Virus record (IMG/VR): IMGVR_UViG_3300032309_000007
Span: 1 to 24,363 of that record
Direction: 5' to 3' (one strand)
Length of the DNA stretch: 24,363 nt
Origin: a virus
Taxonomy: Duplodnaviria; Caudoviricetes
Positions within the stretch are counted from its first letter, which is position 1; every line of letters begins with the position of its first letter. Under the pieces are notes generated by a model. The model was not told where the DNA came from. It made no database searches and saw only the letters and a list, made by a program, of their open reading frames with translations. Shown here in pieces: positions 9,501 to 15,343 of this stretch. A program made the position numbers and the translations under genes.

Positions 9501-9900
9501 CACCCTTTAAAAGACCGCCGGGAATATAGGAAAGTAAGGAACCGAGACCACTACCAAACTGGGTAATCAAGCCCTCATCACTTGGAGCCAATGCGGTCTG
9601 AGCCGAAGCAAGACCTTTACCAACGGCAGTCTTTTCAAACGGAGTCAGATCTGCGCCAGCGGCACGAGCACCCGTGTAAACAGTGGATGCAGCACCAGAT
9701 ATAGGATCAACCGTTAACCCACGTATAAACCCTTTACCAATCTCTGCTGGTAGACCAAGGATTTGTTGCCCAATACCCGGAGGGGCAGGGAATGCATCTG
9801 GAAATTTAGACTTTGCTTCTGCTAATGCGACAGAGCGAGGCTTGGCATCATCTAGAACGGTTAAAAAAGAACCGTCTGGCAAATCAAGTCTGTAAGCCAT
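1..9900 (-). CDS. Giant polyvalent virion/ejection protein, at least 3300 aa, 3' end beyond the window
   Basis: ATG at 9900 directly follows the TAA of the upstream gene (TAAATG). My translation runs MAYRLDLPDGSFLTVLDD...SPTPDQIEYLVGQVFGGVGR at position 1 with no stop met. The ORF track lists no minus-strand ORF starting at 9900, as expected if the frame runs off the edge. Several enzyme motifs lie in this frame. Confidence 0.93.
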   Translation of the reverse strand, partial: MAYRLDLPDGSFLTVLDDAKPRSVALAEAKSKFPDAFPAPPGIGQQILGLPAEIGKGFIRGLTVDPISGAASTVYTGARAAGADLTPFEKTAVGKGLASAQTALAPSDEGLITQFGSGLGSLLSYIPGGLLKGGIGLAAKLGQAGSVGAEEARSRAEQARLEGQADATAGQEFAAQLGGTAVGFSELAPVKLLTRPIEQILRGVPKSQADLIAPGLFNSAKRMVATGGVEGLQEGMANVAQDLIAKGIYNPNLEVGESALGDAAMGASIGAFAQGAIELATRGKRGQLYEQLKTQERLKEEAEQQRIAQQQQAVIAAQEQEKMNQAMGALGATPQIDPATGKPVLLLGAPAQEVNLQDPLGIRFDANDLGPKVVNDINKARKERGLPAIQQFTVEDLYDLAPNKNAISEMLGRKMGYDETVSVTPRNIFDVAVSKNIDVQDPGFAEFLTRTTGTPDVRRMTAQQLFAAQQSLSALPDFTELTKLPTGSVATVFDEKTYDKTINGLKKTVLNTGPQGKAATVQDIMDFSGLTDPKDAERLLQTAIQRGDLSASPTRGTVGTSINISVPFVPKSVVPGPDIRRGDFMESEAVGYDIVSEDGTFKQFRPTLGAAEDLVAKANQNRETKVARITGEIDRVSSGIELDKQRLGQLQEVGEEGSPEYKRIQAKIQKQEVNLGNLNSKIESVSQPLQIKAKAKPRSRTGYTLFDNGKPIGTYPTKEDADIAAIQSLSDEQLDGVINAAPRSDVEGALEEPFGKQQLPTGTIRGATPRRLYAEATREKERRFRQQAGLPPLAAPVQIKITGDAQAAAEKLRAVGITVRFMPEVEKEVPEINKRLRATLDKLGLQQVRLNIVESLSVKGFIIDGPDGRPMGFYTQPPAGTPKFNEVMAVLNDAKAKGLNVREGVSSANGSYVAKLIEIALDSENPIRAARHETLHALKDLGFFTPDQWRVLENKAKSEWIKKYNIEQRYGSLDKDSQIEEAIADAFSDFDQTKPPSGMIGALFRKVKTFFEALGNAFRGSGFQTANDVFTRVEEGALTGPGAAVAGEQKYSLEASKAMLEARRAAAGKFNQIDPPQSLIDLHRRVQAADDRVNVGGYSRAKTAATKLGNRLNREMEAFARQALSREPDYNDIGELNSRLNQFTDPDFIEETKFSLQEPTSPLAQYVTPEDAEGRLRRRLGRAEGVGAPSNDRLVFGKGKEKLIIGKITPQDWKERVQNTMSVPEIEDARGWYQQLNDFFTPVFGDRASEFSLAWLLSQQRASPTKGFTDVLRASDIAENKLRIKKAGLNEKSLVAALKGEVPEGGIGAKLLDFVDSELGKSLRTVMGDKKEGRQPAAIDVWAQRDIGFIDDTVKEFVSKKFGKDAADSLDIDTARFGEPQYEYGVDFYNDVANYLNRQKYMGGGWTAREVQAVGWVNMQKFMGVKPEFVRDIVNGNTRRVSIGLAPGTGSVMTGRLMGKEIPVKDAQNIINDLAKISNIKVTQSIDGIGAYLTYVEGSIQVDAVGSPESVDSFMDMVGYVFQQTEVINTRPLASGKNSAIDILSPSLNNQSKAVEFFTEYLKAMPKDKNGDPIAPGFQQVKVDGVPGIRLVNFSGKWNKKQLEALANAANVAEAATGIKDAHFVDMNVQFTSTANDWVKYPDGDQYVDSLRNRGRLQEAQLLRDQFPPTRFDLAGDGTINWRPRIAFRPDEPIDRSGIGSGISIREQQPSAQSYDAVHYGKQRVDSLAGSMYGTGIKGAEAQRLSESTDPRIRERAYFYIPYPNGRMPMPEAGLGNEVHIQRLNNLLGPSPEAQALSSAARTPDGQFDANAFESSVIDAGYDGYAIPDMGMAVVLGADVPVISRGTRQEVEERPEEGKIQIGDRKYSLRQIDTPEFKQWFGDSTIRNEDGSPKVMYHGTARDITEFEPKQANAIFVTEFPGFAYQFSGASEDYMIKEMFQEIFTPEQRLKIVSESASELYKNKEISKVIRDAAIQNQRDSDRLYKLDFIEPQVADLIREKIKVMLPSGQNIMPLYVRAENPFDYENTDHVKEVVDSVRKIAPNYTLRDIDIQRKLTSGVWNYIEDELVQQAIKLNGHDSFYVKEAGVKNFAVYDPNQIKSAIGNIGTFARDNNDIRYSIALGSIEPSTSLIPDVGGNPNGILGFMPERLGGKPIRMLVGTHNDLVPELDNERMRRPQSYGANHILNRVLSDPSRIPGGAEELLEKIVKTAQTTAQKYNRIFKEGDKFIIYDGRNSLIVSPQDDAMSIVTMYVQNQPERRYGNSIFSGRAPSMPQEFVEPIRGMNVVAGDGRVQIKPSEVKVIKPSKVLEASPVTEIAPTKAGTLGVKKLSIRDEFKPVDTSSPEFKKFYQNSVLIDESGNPIVLYHGTTKDIEFFKAGKEGGSLGNGIYLTPSQDFAEEYAKEEGGNVIPVYAHITNPLVIDGSISRDPMIEALVRLGVDRDKADQIVEKAYEDKGYITNEVKSRATKQGFDGILQYKDRNLTELVAFSPNQIKSAVSNTGEFDPSDKRIQYSFVEPINTDTAQRIPQNTFNVDPNTSRDNLIYLLQNKQIDLKRVIDGIRSAGKDIADKWNAYLKEELFHGRSATRIKFFMDRELQPLLKKMESADISLDQMDEYLLARHAPEANSYIRSINPDPNANAGMSDQEAANYMKSLPAPRRDALERIAKDVDAITKGTRQLMVDYGLEDQKTIDTWERTYKKYVPLFREETEGNPISTGRGYQIRGSTTKRRMGSTRSVVDVLANIAMQREKTIVRGEKNRVGNALYGLVLNNPNKGFWGVIDPGKVNKQTLRNELIGIGIDPDEADQMINEMSSRPYQKTIDKATGLVVQRIPPSWAKAENIFVTRINGQDRFIGFNKNDERAMRMATTLKNLDAQQQAEAIKMMGTAGDYYKGTINAVGKATRFFASVNTQYNPAFGIYNLMRDIGGAVLNLQSTPLKGNERKIISDALGSIKDIYSDLRRQRQGLPADSKWANIFEEFELEGGKTGYRDLFEDSQSRAEQLQKDLEDFKSGKPLKGKGKAVMRWLSDFNDAIENAIRVSVYKNALDKGMSKEKAASLAKNITVNFNRTGAMSRNFQTLYAFFNASVQGTTRIAETLFTPDGKLSPTGKKIVMGGITLGLMQAVLLAMAGLDDDEVPDFVKDKSFIIPYGDGKYLAVPMPLGYNIIPGFGRRVMEFAMSDDKNVGKSVFETANMIIDGFNPLGSATFVQTLAPTIADPIVALAENKDFTGKPIAREDINSLVPTPGYTRKSQNASGITEALAYGINRLSGGTEFKQGVISPTPDQIEYLVGQVFGGVGR
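2356..2880 (-). other. ADP-ribosyltransferase domain A (ART-PolyVal/PARP-like, H-Y-E type)
   Basis: SPEFKKFY...LYHGT (YHGT 2794-2805)...LGNGIYLT...FAEEYA...VIPVY..ITNPL...GFDGI...TELVAFSPNQIKS (Glu at 2446-2448)...TGEFD. Confidence 0.8.
3121..3480 (-). other. BECR-fold (PBECR-like) endoRNase-like domain
   Basis: PIRMLVG...SYGANHIL (3346-3363), followed by a helix and beta-strands that end in IVTMY (3145-3159). This matches the G-x-x-H-I ... T-x-Y pattern of BECR nucleases. Confidence 0.5.
3541..4290 (-). other. ADP-ribosyltransferase domain B (ART-PolyVal-like) with an 82-aa insertion
   Basis: DTPEFKQWFGDS...VMYHGT (YHGT 4201-4212)...IFVT...FAYQF...NIMPLYVRAENPF...GHDSF...KNFAVYDPNQIKSAIGNIGTF. 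It is a clear paralog of domain A. Confidence 0.75.
4350..4770 (-). other. Divergent ART-like domain C
   Basis: AVHYG...YGTGIKGAE..RL...RAYFY...PEAGLG...AGYDGY...AVVLG. The His strand, aromatic strand and GYDG element occur in the same order as in domains A and B. Confidence 0.45.
5640..6240 (-). other. HhH-GPD DNA glycosylase/lyase-like domain
   Basis: RGWY...LLSQQRASP...GGIGAKL (helix-hairpin-helix with Lys)...AAIDVWAQR (Asp motif, 5866-5886)...EVQAVGW. Confidence 0.6.
6790..7200 (-). other. Zincin-type metallopeptidase domain (MPTase-PolyVal-like)
   Basis: ANGSY...IEIAL...RHETLH (HExxH, 7093-7107)...IEEAIADAF (third-ligand Glu, 6958-6963)...LFRKVKTFF. Confidence 0.75.
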
Positions 9901-11451
9901 TTATCTTTGTATTCCACGATCTAGTGGTGCTGTCACCCTTGGATTGTAAACTATATTCCTTTCTCTAAAAATTTCAGCCATTTTCATTCTTATACTGTTT
10001 TCTTGAGCATCAGTTAATTTTTCACCCGACTTAGGTGGTTTAATATTTAATTCTTGCATTGCCTGATTTCTTGTTTGCGTCATTTCCAAAGTATCTATTG
10101 GTTTTGGTTGACGCTCTCTCAATGCATTTTCTGTCTGAGCCTGAAGTAGACCCATCCTTGCCGGTCTTTCTGACAGTTCTAAACCAAGTCTTGCGTCTGC
10201 TATGTAGTTAGCACGGTCTTGTTGCTCAGTGGCTATTCTTCTAGTGATCATAGCGTCTTGAGTGTTAGCCCTTTCCATACCACGCTTGTATTCATCAATA
10301 CTTTGCTGTTTTGCTTTGTCACCCTCATTAAATTTACCTTGGTCATAAAGCATCTGTGCTTTGTTGTAATCAATCCTAGATTGACGAAGTAAATCCTCGC
10401 TAGCACGTATGTCTTTGGTACCCTGTTGATATGCTCTTAGTCCTGCTGTACCACCTTCGGACACGGCCTGTAAGAACCGTGGTGACTTAGAACCCATGAT
10501 TCCAAGACCGGCTTGGATCAAGGCTTCATTGATATTAGATTCTCTGCGACCAGCCATTTCTTTGGCTCGATCAGCCATTTCCTTCTCTAGATAACCAAGA
10601 CGGAAAGGCACATCTTCCTCATATCTTGCCTGCCTTGTCAAAGCCGCCGTCTCTAAATCTTCCTCGGTAGGCGCTTTTGGGAGTTTGGGCGTAGGGATGG
10701 CACGAGGCTTATACGGAGCCATAGTAAATGGGGCTATTGCAGGAGCCGCAGGAGCAGACGGTGCCGACGCAGGAGCCGTCGGTGCTGTTGCTGGAGCAGA
10801 AGAAGACGACGAAACGGTTGGTGCTACTGCCTGAGCGGTTGGCTGTGCTTTTGTCCTTTGATAAAACCGATCCACGTATTGCTGGTAAGTAATTGGCTCT
10901 TTACTTACAGGATCCAAAAATAAAGTGTCTTCGGAGTAACCAACAGAAGGAATAAGTTTCCCTAAAAGTTCAGACATACTGGATGCTGGCTCGGAATAAC
11001 GCTCTAACTGTGAACGAGGGAGTGGCTGACCGCCAGTTTGAAAACGCTGAACGTCTCCACCTTGTTTAAACGACACCATTCCACCAGCAGCCATGCCTTG
11101 CGCTGGCATCATCATTTCAAGCGGTGTTGTTCCCATAGCATCTTGTGCGGCTAGGGATTCCATTGCTTGCGGTGCTGCTGCCAATCCGGCTGCGTTTAAA
11201 CTTGGTGCAGCCATCTGCTGGGCTGCTTGTGCCATAGCCATCTGACGCTGTTCTCTGCCCGGATCTGCCAAGTCCTGTGCTACTGTCGTAGTGGGGGCCT
11301 CTTTCAAAGCGCTTTCCCGCATCCGTTTACGGCGAGTTAATTCAGAAATCACCAAGTAAGAAGGATAGGCACCACTAGGAGCCTGAACTTCCTTCATCAG
11401 GAACTGGTCAGGTACGTCCTTGAGTTGGTTAGAGATTTCAATAAGGTTCAT
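9901..11451 (-). CDS. Putative internal virion (ejection) protein, 516 aa
   Basis: Long ORF that is Q/A/E/R-rich and predicted helical, with a Pro/Ala linker, a hydrophobic LIQAGLGIMG segment and three tandem xxxGG motifs. It lies between another ejection-type gene and the giant protein. Confidence 0.7.
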   Translation of the reverse strand: MNLIEISNQLKDVPDQFLMKEVQAPSGAYPSYLVISELTRRKRMRESALKEAPTTTVAQDLADPGREQRQMAMAQAAQQMAAPSLNAAGLAAAPQAMESLAAQDAMGTTPLEMMMPAQGMAAGGMVSFKQGGDVQRFQTGGQPLPRSQLERYSEPASSMSELLGKLIPSVGYSEDTLFLDPVSKEPITYQQYVDRFYQRTKAQPTAQAVAPTVSSSSSAPATAPTAPASAPSAPAAPAIAPFTMAPYKPRAIPTPKLPKAPTEEDLETAALTRQARYEEDVPFRLGYLEKEMADRAKEMAGRRESNINEALIQAGLGIMGSKSPRFLQAVSEGGTAGLRAYQQGTKDIRASEDLLRQSRIDYNKAQMLYDQGKFNEGDKAKQQSIDEYKRGMERANTQDAMITRRIATEQQDRANYIADARLGLELSERPARMGLLQAQTENALRERQPKPIDTLEMTQTRNQAMQELNIKPPKSGEKLTDAQENSIRMKMAEIFRERNIVYNPRVTAPLDRGIQR

Positions 11452-12365
11452 CTGTTCATCTCTCTATATAAACCTAGACCCAATAATCCCGGCCCAGTGA
11501 TTTGGGACAAAAGACTTGGAGGTTGCTCGTAAACAGTCTTACCACCAGTACCGGCTAGATTTGAACTACCCCGAAGGATATCCGACATGAAGCCAAGTCT
11601 CTTGTATGGATCTTGCTGCTGGGCTATAAAGTCTTGATACGCCAAATCTAATTCACGTTGGCGCTCTGCTTGACCTTGTGCGGCTGCGGCTGTCTGTAGT
11701 TTTGCAAGATCGCCAAAGGTTTGTTGTTGACCAATCCCCAACTGACCTAATGTAGCCCCTGCTTGGGTAGCGGCTTGGGCGCCCCTTAATCCCACATCTG
11801 TTCCAAACTGCATACTTTTAATAGCCTGATCATAGGCCGATTGAGAGCCAGCGGCTTGAATCTTAGCCAGTTGCTCCCCTAGATTTCTTTCCCGCTCTGT
11901 CCCGGCAAGCAGTTGACGGGCACCACCATAGGTACCTTGACGACCAGCGGCTAAATTTTGAGCCAACATACCCTTTTGGGCATCTCGAATGGCTTCTTGT
12001 TTTTGCAGATCAACCACATTCTGCATATATGGGGACATATATTTGGCTTGTTCCGCCGCACTGGTAGCCATTTTTGCATAGTCAGACCCAGCGCTTGCCG
12101 CCGCTAATCCAGCGTTAGATGCTAAATTGGTTCCGGTGGCAAATTGACCCGGAGCAGTTTGATTAAGAATTCCTTTAGTAATGTCTTTTTGTTCTTGGGT
12201 TTGAAGTGCAAGCCTATCCTTACCATATATTTCGTATGGGGTTTTGGTTACATCAGTTAGTGCACCTGCTTTACCTAATAGGTCCTCAACATATGGCTTG
12301 GCATATTCAGGTATCGATGTCGTCGTAATATTACTCGGGGCTGCAGGGGGCGAAGAAGAGCACAT
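11448..12365 (-). CDS. Putative DNA pilot/ejection protein, 305 aa
   Basis: Ser/Pro/Thr N-terminus, Q/A/G-rich helical body (YMSPYMQNVV, GTYGGAR) and a C-terminal hydrophobic GPGLLGLGLY. AAGGA Shine-Dalgarno upstream. Confidence 0.7.
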   Translation of the reverse strand: MCSSSPPAAPSNITTTSIPEYAKPYVEDLLGKAGALTDVTKTPYEIYGKDRLALQTQEQKDITKGILNQTAPGQFATGTNLASNAGLAAASAGSDYAKMATSAAEQAKYMSPYMQNVVDLQKQEAIRDAQKGMLAQNLAAGRQGTYGGARQLLAGTERERNLGEQLAKIQAAGSQSAYDQAIKSMQFGTDVGLRGAQAATQAGATLGQLGIGQQQTFGDLAKLQTAAAAQGQAERQRELDLAYQDFIAQQQDPYKRLGFMSDILRGSSNLAGTGGKTVYEQPPSLLSQITGPGLLGLGLYREMNR

Positions 12366-12375
12366 GGTCTTGTCC

Positions 12376-12837
12376 TTAAAAAGTAATGGTCATCGCATGG
12401 GCAGTGTGTTTGTAGCCCATACGAGATAAAAGTTTTGATACACGCAGATCAGTGGCTGTTGTGATGTTTAAACGCTTTACACCACGACGTTTTAATTCTT
12501 CATGAACGAAGTTAATCAATCTTTTGCCCATGCCGTTTCGATGTTCTTTAAGAACAAAAACGGTGTCTTCTTGAGCAATTAGATCTTGATTGTGCATATC
12601 GTTCGTTATGTATACGTTGCTATAGCCGCAAACATTTCCCTCATGTCTTAATACAAAAGTTAAAAGCCAACCACCTTCACTTGCCTTTACATACTCATCA
12701 AGCCTTGGGTTATAAGGAGAGACTTTAACTCCTGCCTCTTCCAACCTATCGGTCATTTCTGAATAATGCTGTCTATATAAAGGCTCTAATTCTTTGTAAG
12801 TACTAGCAAACTTCTCAATTGTTATCTCATAACTCAT
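12376..12837 (-). CDS. GNAT-family acetyltransferase, 153 aa
   Basis: VFVLKEHRNGMGKRLI (acetyl-CoA-binding motif A), LKRRGVKRL, and KLLSRMGY (motif B). Confidence 0.85.
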   Translation of the reverse strand: MSYEITIEKFASTYKELEPLYRQHYSEMTDRLEEAGVKVSPYNPRLDEYVKASEGGWLLTFVLRHEGNVCGYSNVYITNDMHNQDLIAQEDTVFVLKEHRNGMGKRLINFVHEELKRRGVKRLNITTATDLRVSKLLSRMGYKHTAHAMTITF

Positions 12838-14942
12838 GCTGGCATGAATTTATTTGGCTTAATTGCAGGAGCCTGTTTCTTGGTTCCAGTTCTTTCTTTT
12901 CTAATATCAGCCATCATTTCATATAGTCTCTTTGCTCCTGCCTTGCTAGACCCATTACCTATATGAGATACCACATCGGCAGGAATTACAAATTCTCCAT
13001 CAGCAAGACGGGCAGGTTGTTTATCGCCAATCACTGCCGGAATGTCATCACTCATACCATCTCCACCGCCTGAAAGGAAACGGGGAGATCCACCCTCAGC
13101 AAAGTTCTTTTCTACGGTTTCAAGCATTGTGTCATCACGACCCCTAAACTTGTAATAGTCCTCTCCAACCAGAGGACGGGACTTGGGACGACCACCTTGT
13201 TTAAACGCTGTCAGTCCACCAACAGCGTAGTAGTTGTCTTCTTTATCAAAGTCCACACTACGCATTGAATCCATTAGACCTCCAGCCGCCGCTAAATATG
13301 GATCACGAGCGGTAAAGGTCGGTTTGAAATATGCGGCTTCACTTGTATCCCCGGCTGGCCTGTCATAAGCACCAGTTTGTGGGTTGTATTCAAAGTCATA
13401 CGGGCGAATCATGGCTGTTGACTTAGGAGCCTCCAACGGCTCCGGTTGCATGGCTGGGGCCAAAGCGGAATAACCATATTTAAACGCTTGACCAGTGGTT
13501 AGTCCGGGCTGGGCAACAGTGGCGGCTGAAATGTCTACATTAGGTGTGTAAGTTGCCGGGGTTGCGGTTGGAAAAACTGGACTTCCAGAAGGAAGCGGTG
13601 CTCCACCAAATCCTTGTGTGCCCAAATTAACGTTTGGTGGGGTAATATTTGAAGGTGTCATACCCCCTTGTAATGACGACTCCATTCCGGGTATTGGATT
13701 GGTCTGTAATGCCGCATCAAGTGGGGTGGGTGGCGGATTACTAAGCATTGGAGAGCCTTGAGCAATAGTCTCTGGGGTTCCAGCAAGTCCAGAAGAACCA
13801 GCCAAGCCTTCACCTAAACCAGCCCCGCCATAAGCGCCTAGACCAGCCATAATGCCCTTCTTGAGACTTCCTGTACCTAAAGCAGTGGCACCACCCACAG
13901 CAACGCCAGTACCGACTGCGCTGCTAGTACCTAATGCGTTACCAATTGCAGACCCGACTCCGGGGGCAAATGCGTTTAAACCAAGTCCAATTAATGCTGG
14001 CAGCAACGCTTTTAGGTTAAACGCTTCGGGATAACCCGTATTTGGGTTAATGGTCATGCTTGTGCCATTTGAACGGGCTAGAGCCTGTAATCCTGCGACT
14101 TCCCGTGGGTTCATGTGAACCAACATTGAGTCGCCACCTCGACCATAAGCCTCACCGCCTTGTGCGTAATTCATAATTTGTCCACCTTGTTGATAACCCG
14201 TGACCCTGCCACCGTCATACATTCCAGCATCATTACCTGTACCAGTACCTTCACTTCCGCCGCTTGGGTCTCCCTGACCGGGGCCATCATTAGGCCCCAT
14301 ACCTCCACCACCTCCACCTCCACCAAAAGCAGAGCCATCACCTCCAAAACCAGTACCAGTACCGCCAGTGGCGGCAGATGCAGCAGCGGCAGCGGCTGCG
14401 GCGGCTGACGCATCAGCGTCAGTGACACCTGAAACATCCATAGCGGCATCTACTGCCTGCTGTGCCGCTAGTGATTGATTGGCCTCTTGTTCTGCTTGGG
14501 CTTGTTCTTGTGCAAAAGTAGTAAGCATTGCATCTAGAACATCTTGTGCCTGACCTGGGGCGACCGCTCCCGGAGAGATACTCTGAACAGATATATCCGG
14601 GGGTGGAACAGCAATCCCCGGTGGGGGAGGAGAGAATTGACTAATCTGAGCAACCTCTACTGGGGCTGGCTCTTGTTTTTCAGTGAAAGCATTAATTCCC
14701 ATTCTACCAAGGCTAATAGCAGCCAATGGGACAGAAAGCGCTGGAACAGCCAAACCAGCGATTGTTGCAGGGGAAAGACCAATCGCCCCTACTGGCGTAT
14801 TTACCTGTGGGGTCCCCGCAATAGGGCTAAATGCCGTGTCTAAAACCCCAGATTGAGCGGGGGCAGTTCCAATAGAAAACCCTGTGCTACCCCCTGACTG
14901 AAATCTGGGGATAGATCTTGGGTAAGCGTTTAAACCGTTCAT
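12834..14942 (-). CDS. Gly/Ala/Pro-rich internal virion protein, 702 aa
   Basis: Long ORF containing GRGGDSMLVHMNPREV...TINPNTGYPE, glycine-zipper-like hydrophobic segments, and C-terminal GDGMSDDIPA...RLADGEFVIPADVV..IGNGS..AGAKRL. It carries about nine xxxGG motifs. Confidence 0.75.
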   Translation of the reverse strand: MNGLNAYPRSIPRFQSGGSTGFSIGTAPAQSGVLDTAFSPIAGTPQVNTPVGAIGLSPATIAGLAVPALSVPLAAISLGRMGINAFTEKQEPAPVEVAQISQFSPPPPGIAVPPPDISVQSISPGAVAPGQAQDVLDAMLTTFAQEQAQAEQEANQSLAAQQAVDAAMDVSGVTDADASAAAAAAAAASAATGGTGTGFGGDGSAFGGGGGGGGMGPNDGPGQGDPSGGSEGTGTGNDAGMYDGGRVTGYQQGGQIMNYAQGGEAYGRGGDSMLVHMNPREVAGLQALARSNGTSMTINPNTGYPEAFNLKALLPALIGLGLNAFAPGVGSAIGNALGTSSAVGTGVAVGGATALGTGSLKKGIMAGLGAYGGAGLGEGLAGSSGLAGTPETIAQGSPMLSNPPPTPLDAALQTNPIPGMESSLQGGMTPSNITPPNVNLGTQGFGGAPLPSGSPVFPTATPATYTPNVDISAATVAQPGLTTGQAFKYGYSALAPAMQPEPLEAPKSTAMIRPYDFEYNPQTGAYDRPAGDTSEAAYFKPTFTARDPYLAAAGGLMDSMRSVDFDKEDNYYAVGGLTAFKQGGRPKSRPLVGEDYYKFRGRDDTMLETVEKNFAEGGSPRFLSGGGDGMSDDIPAVIGDKQPARLADGEFVIPADVVSHIGNGSSKAGAKRLYEMMADIRKERTGTKKQAPAIKPNKFMPA

Positions 14943-14977
14943 GGGGGTATTATCCTGATTTTGTCAAGTCAAGTCTA
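14943..14977 (-). promoter_or_regulatory. Candidate promoter/RBS in the intergenic gap
   Basis: Minus strand reads TAGACTTGACTTGACAAAATCAGGATAATACCCCC-ATG. It has tandem TTGAC boxes and GATAAT (14949-14954); TAGACT to GATAAT spacing is 17 nt. AGGA could also serve as a Shine-Dalgarno. Confidence 0.3.
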
Positions 14978-15343
14978 TGGGACTATGGTAACTGATACTG
15001 TCCCCAAAGAGCCAGAAGCAGATACTCCAAGCGGACGGGCAGGTGGGCCTAGAATAATTGAGACCGTTCCCAAAGAACCAGAAGCGGATACTCCGAGCAA
15101 GTAAGCGATGTTGGGAACAACAATTTTTAAGTCCTCTCCTACCCTAAATACGGTGTTGTTCCTAAGCCCGTACCCAGAGGTAGGTAAATTAAGCAGTTGT
15201 AGCCCATCGAGAACTAATGGGGTTGTGGAGTCTAGTTGGTTAAAGTAGAGGCGAAGTATACGAATCAGATCTGTGTGGTATCTCTGGTCGTATTCAACAG
15301 GCGGCAAAGGTAGCGCTGGCGCCTGAAACCTCTCCATTGCCAT
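14975..15343 (-). CDS. Small tail-associated structural protein, 122 aa
   Basis: Coupled to the nozzle gene (TAATG). Contains PALPLPPVEYD...LRLYFNQLD and a duplicated C-terminal LGVSASGSLGTVS. Confidence 0.75.
   Translation of the reverse strand: MAMERFQAPALPLPPVEYDQRYHTDLIRILRLYFNQLDSTTPLVLDGLQLLNLPTSGYGLRNNTVFRVGEDLKIVVPNIAYLLGVSASGSLGTVSIILGPPARPLGVSASGSLGTVSVTIVP
14997..15097. repeat. Imperfect 35-nt direct repeat, period 66 nt (LGVSASGSLGTV x2)
   Basis: actgtccccaaagagccagaagcagatactccaag (14997-15031) versus accgttcccaaagaaccagaagcggatactccgag (15063-15097). Differences are at synonymous positions. Confidence 0.85.

Noticed and set aside
185-9895. Many short ORFs in the track (plus strand, and minus-strand ones at 1542-1850, 4725-4994, 8226-8435, 8556-8861)
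   Set aside because: They are antisense or alternate-frame shadows of the giant ORF and carry no recognisable motifs.
1-9900. Apparent 10-kb gene desert suggesting stop-codon reassignment, pseudogenes or ncRNA
   Set aside because: It is explained by one edge-truncated ORF in the standard code. Other genes end normally in TAA, TAG or TGA.
1-9900. Intein or virion RNA polymerase within the giant protein
   Set aside because: I saw no Hint/LAGLIDADG motifs and no DxDGD or T7-type polymerase motifs. A highly divergent one cannot be excluded without a search.
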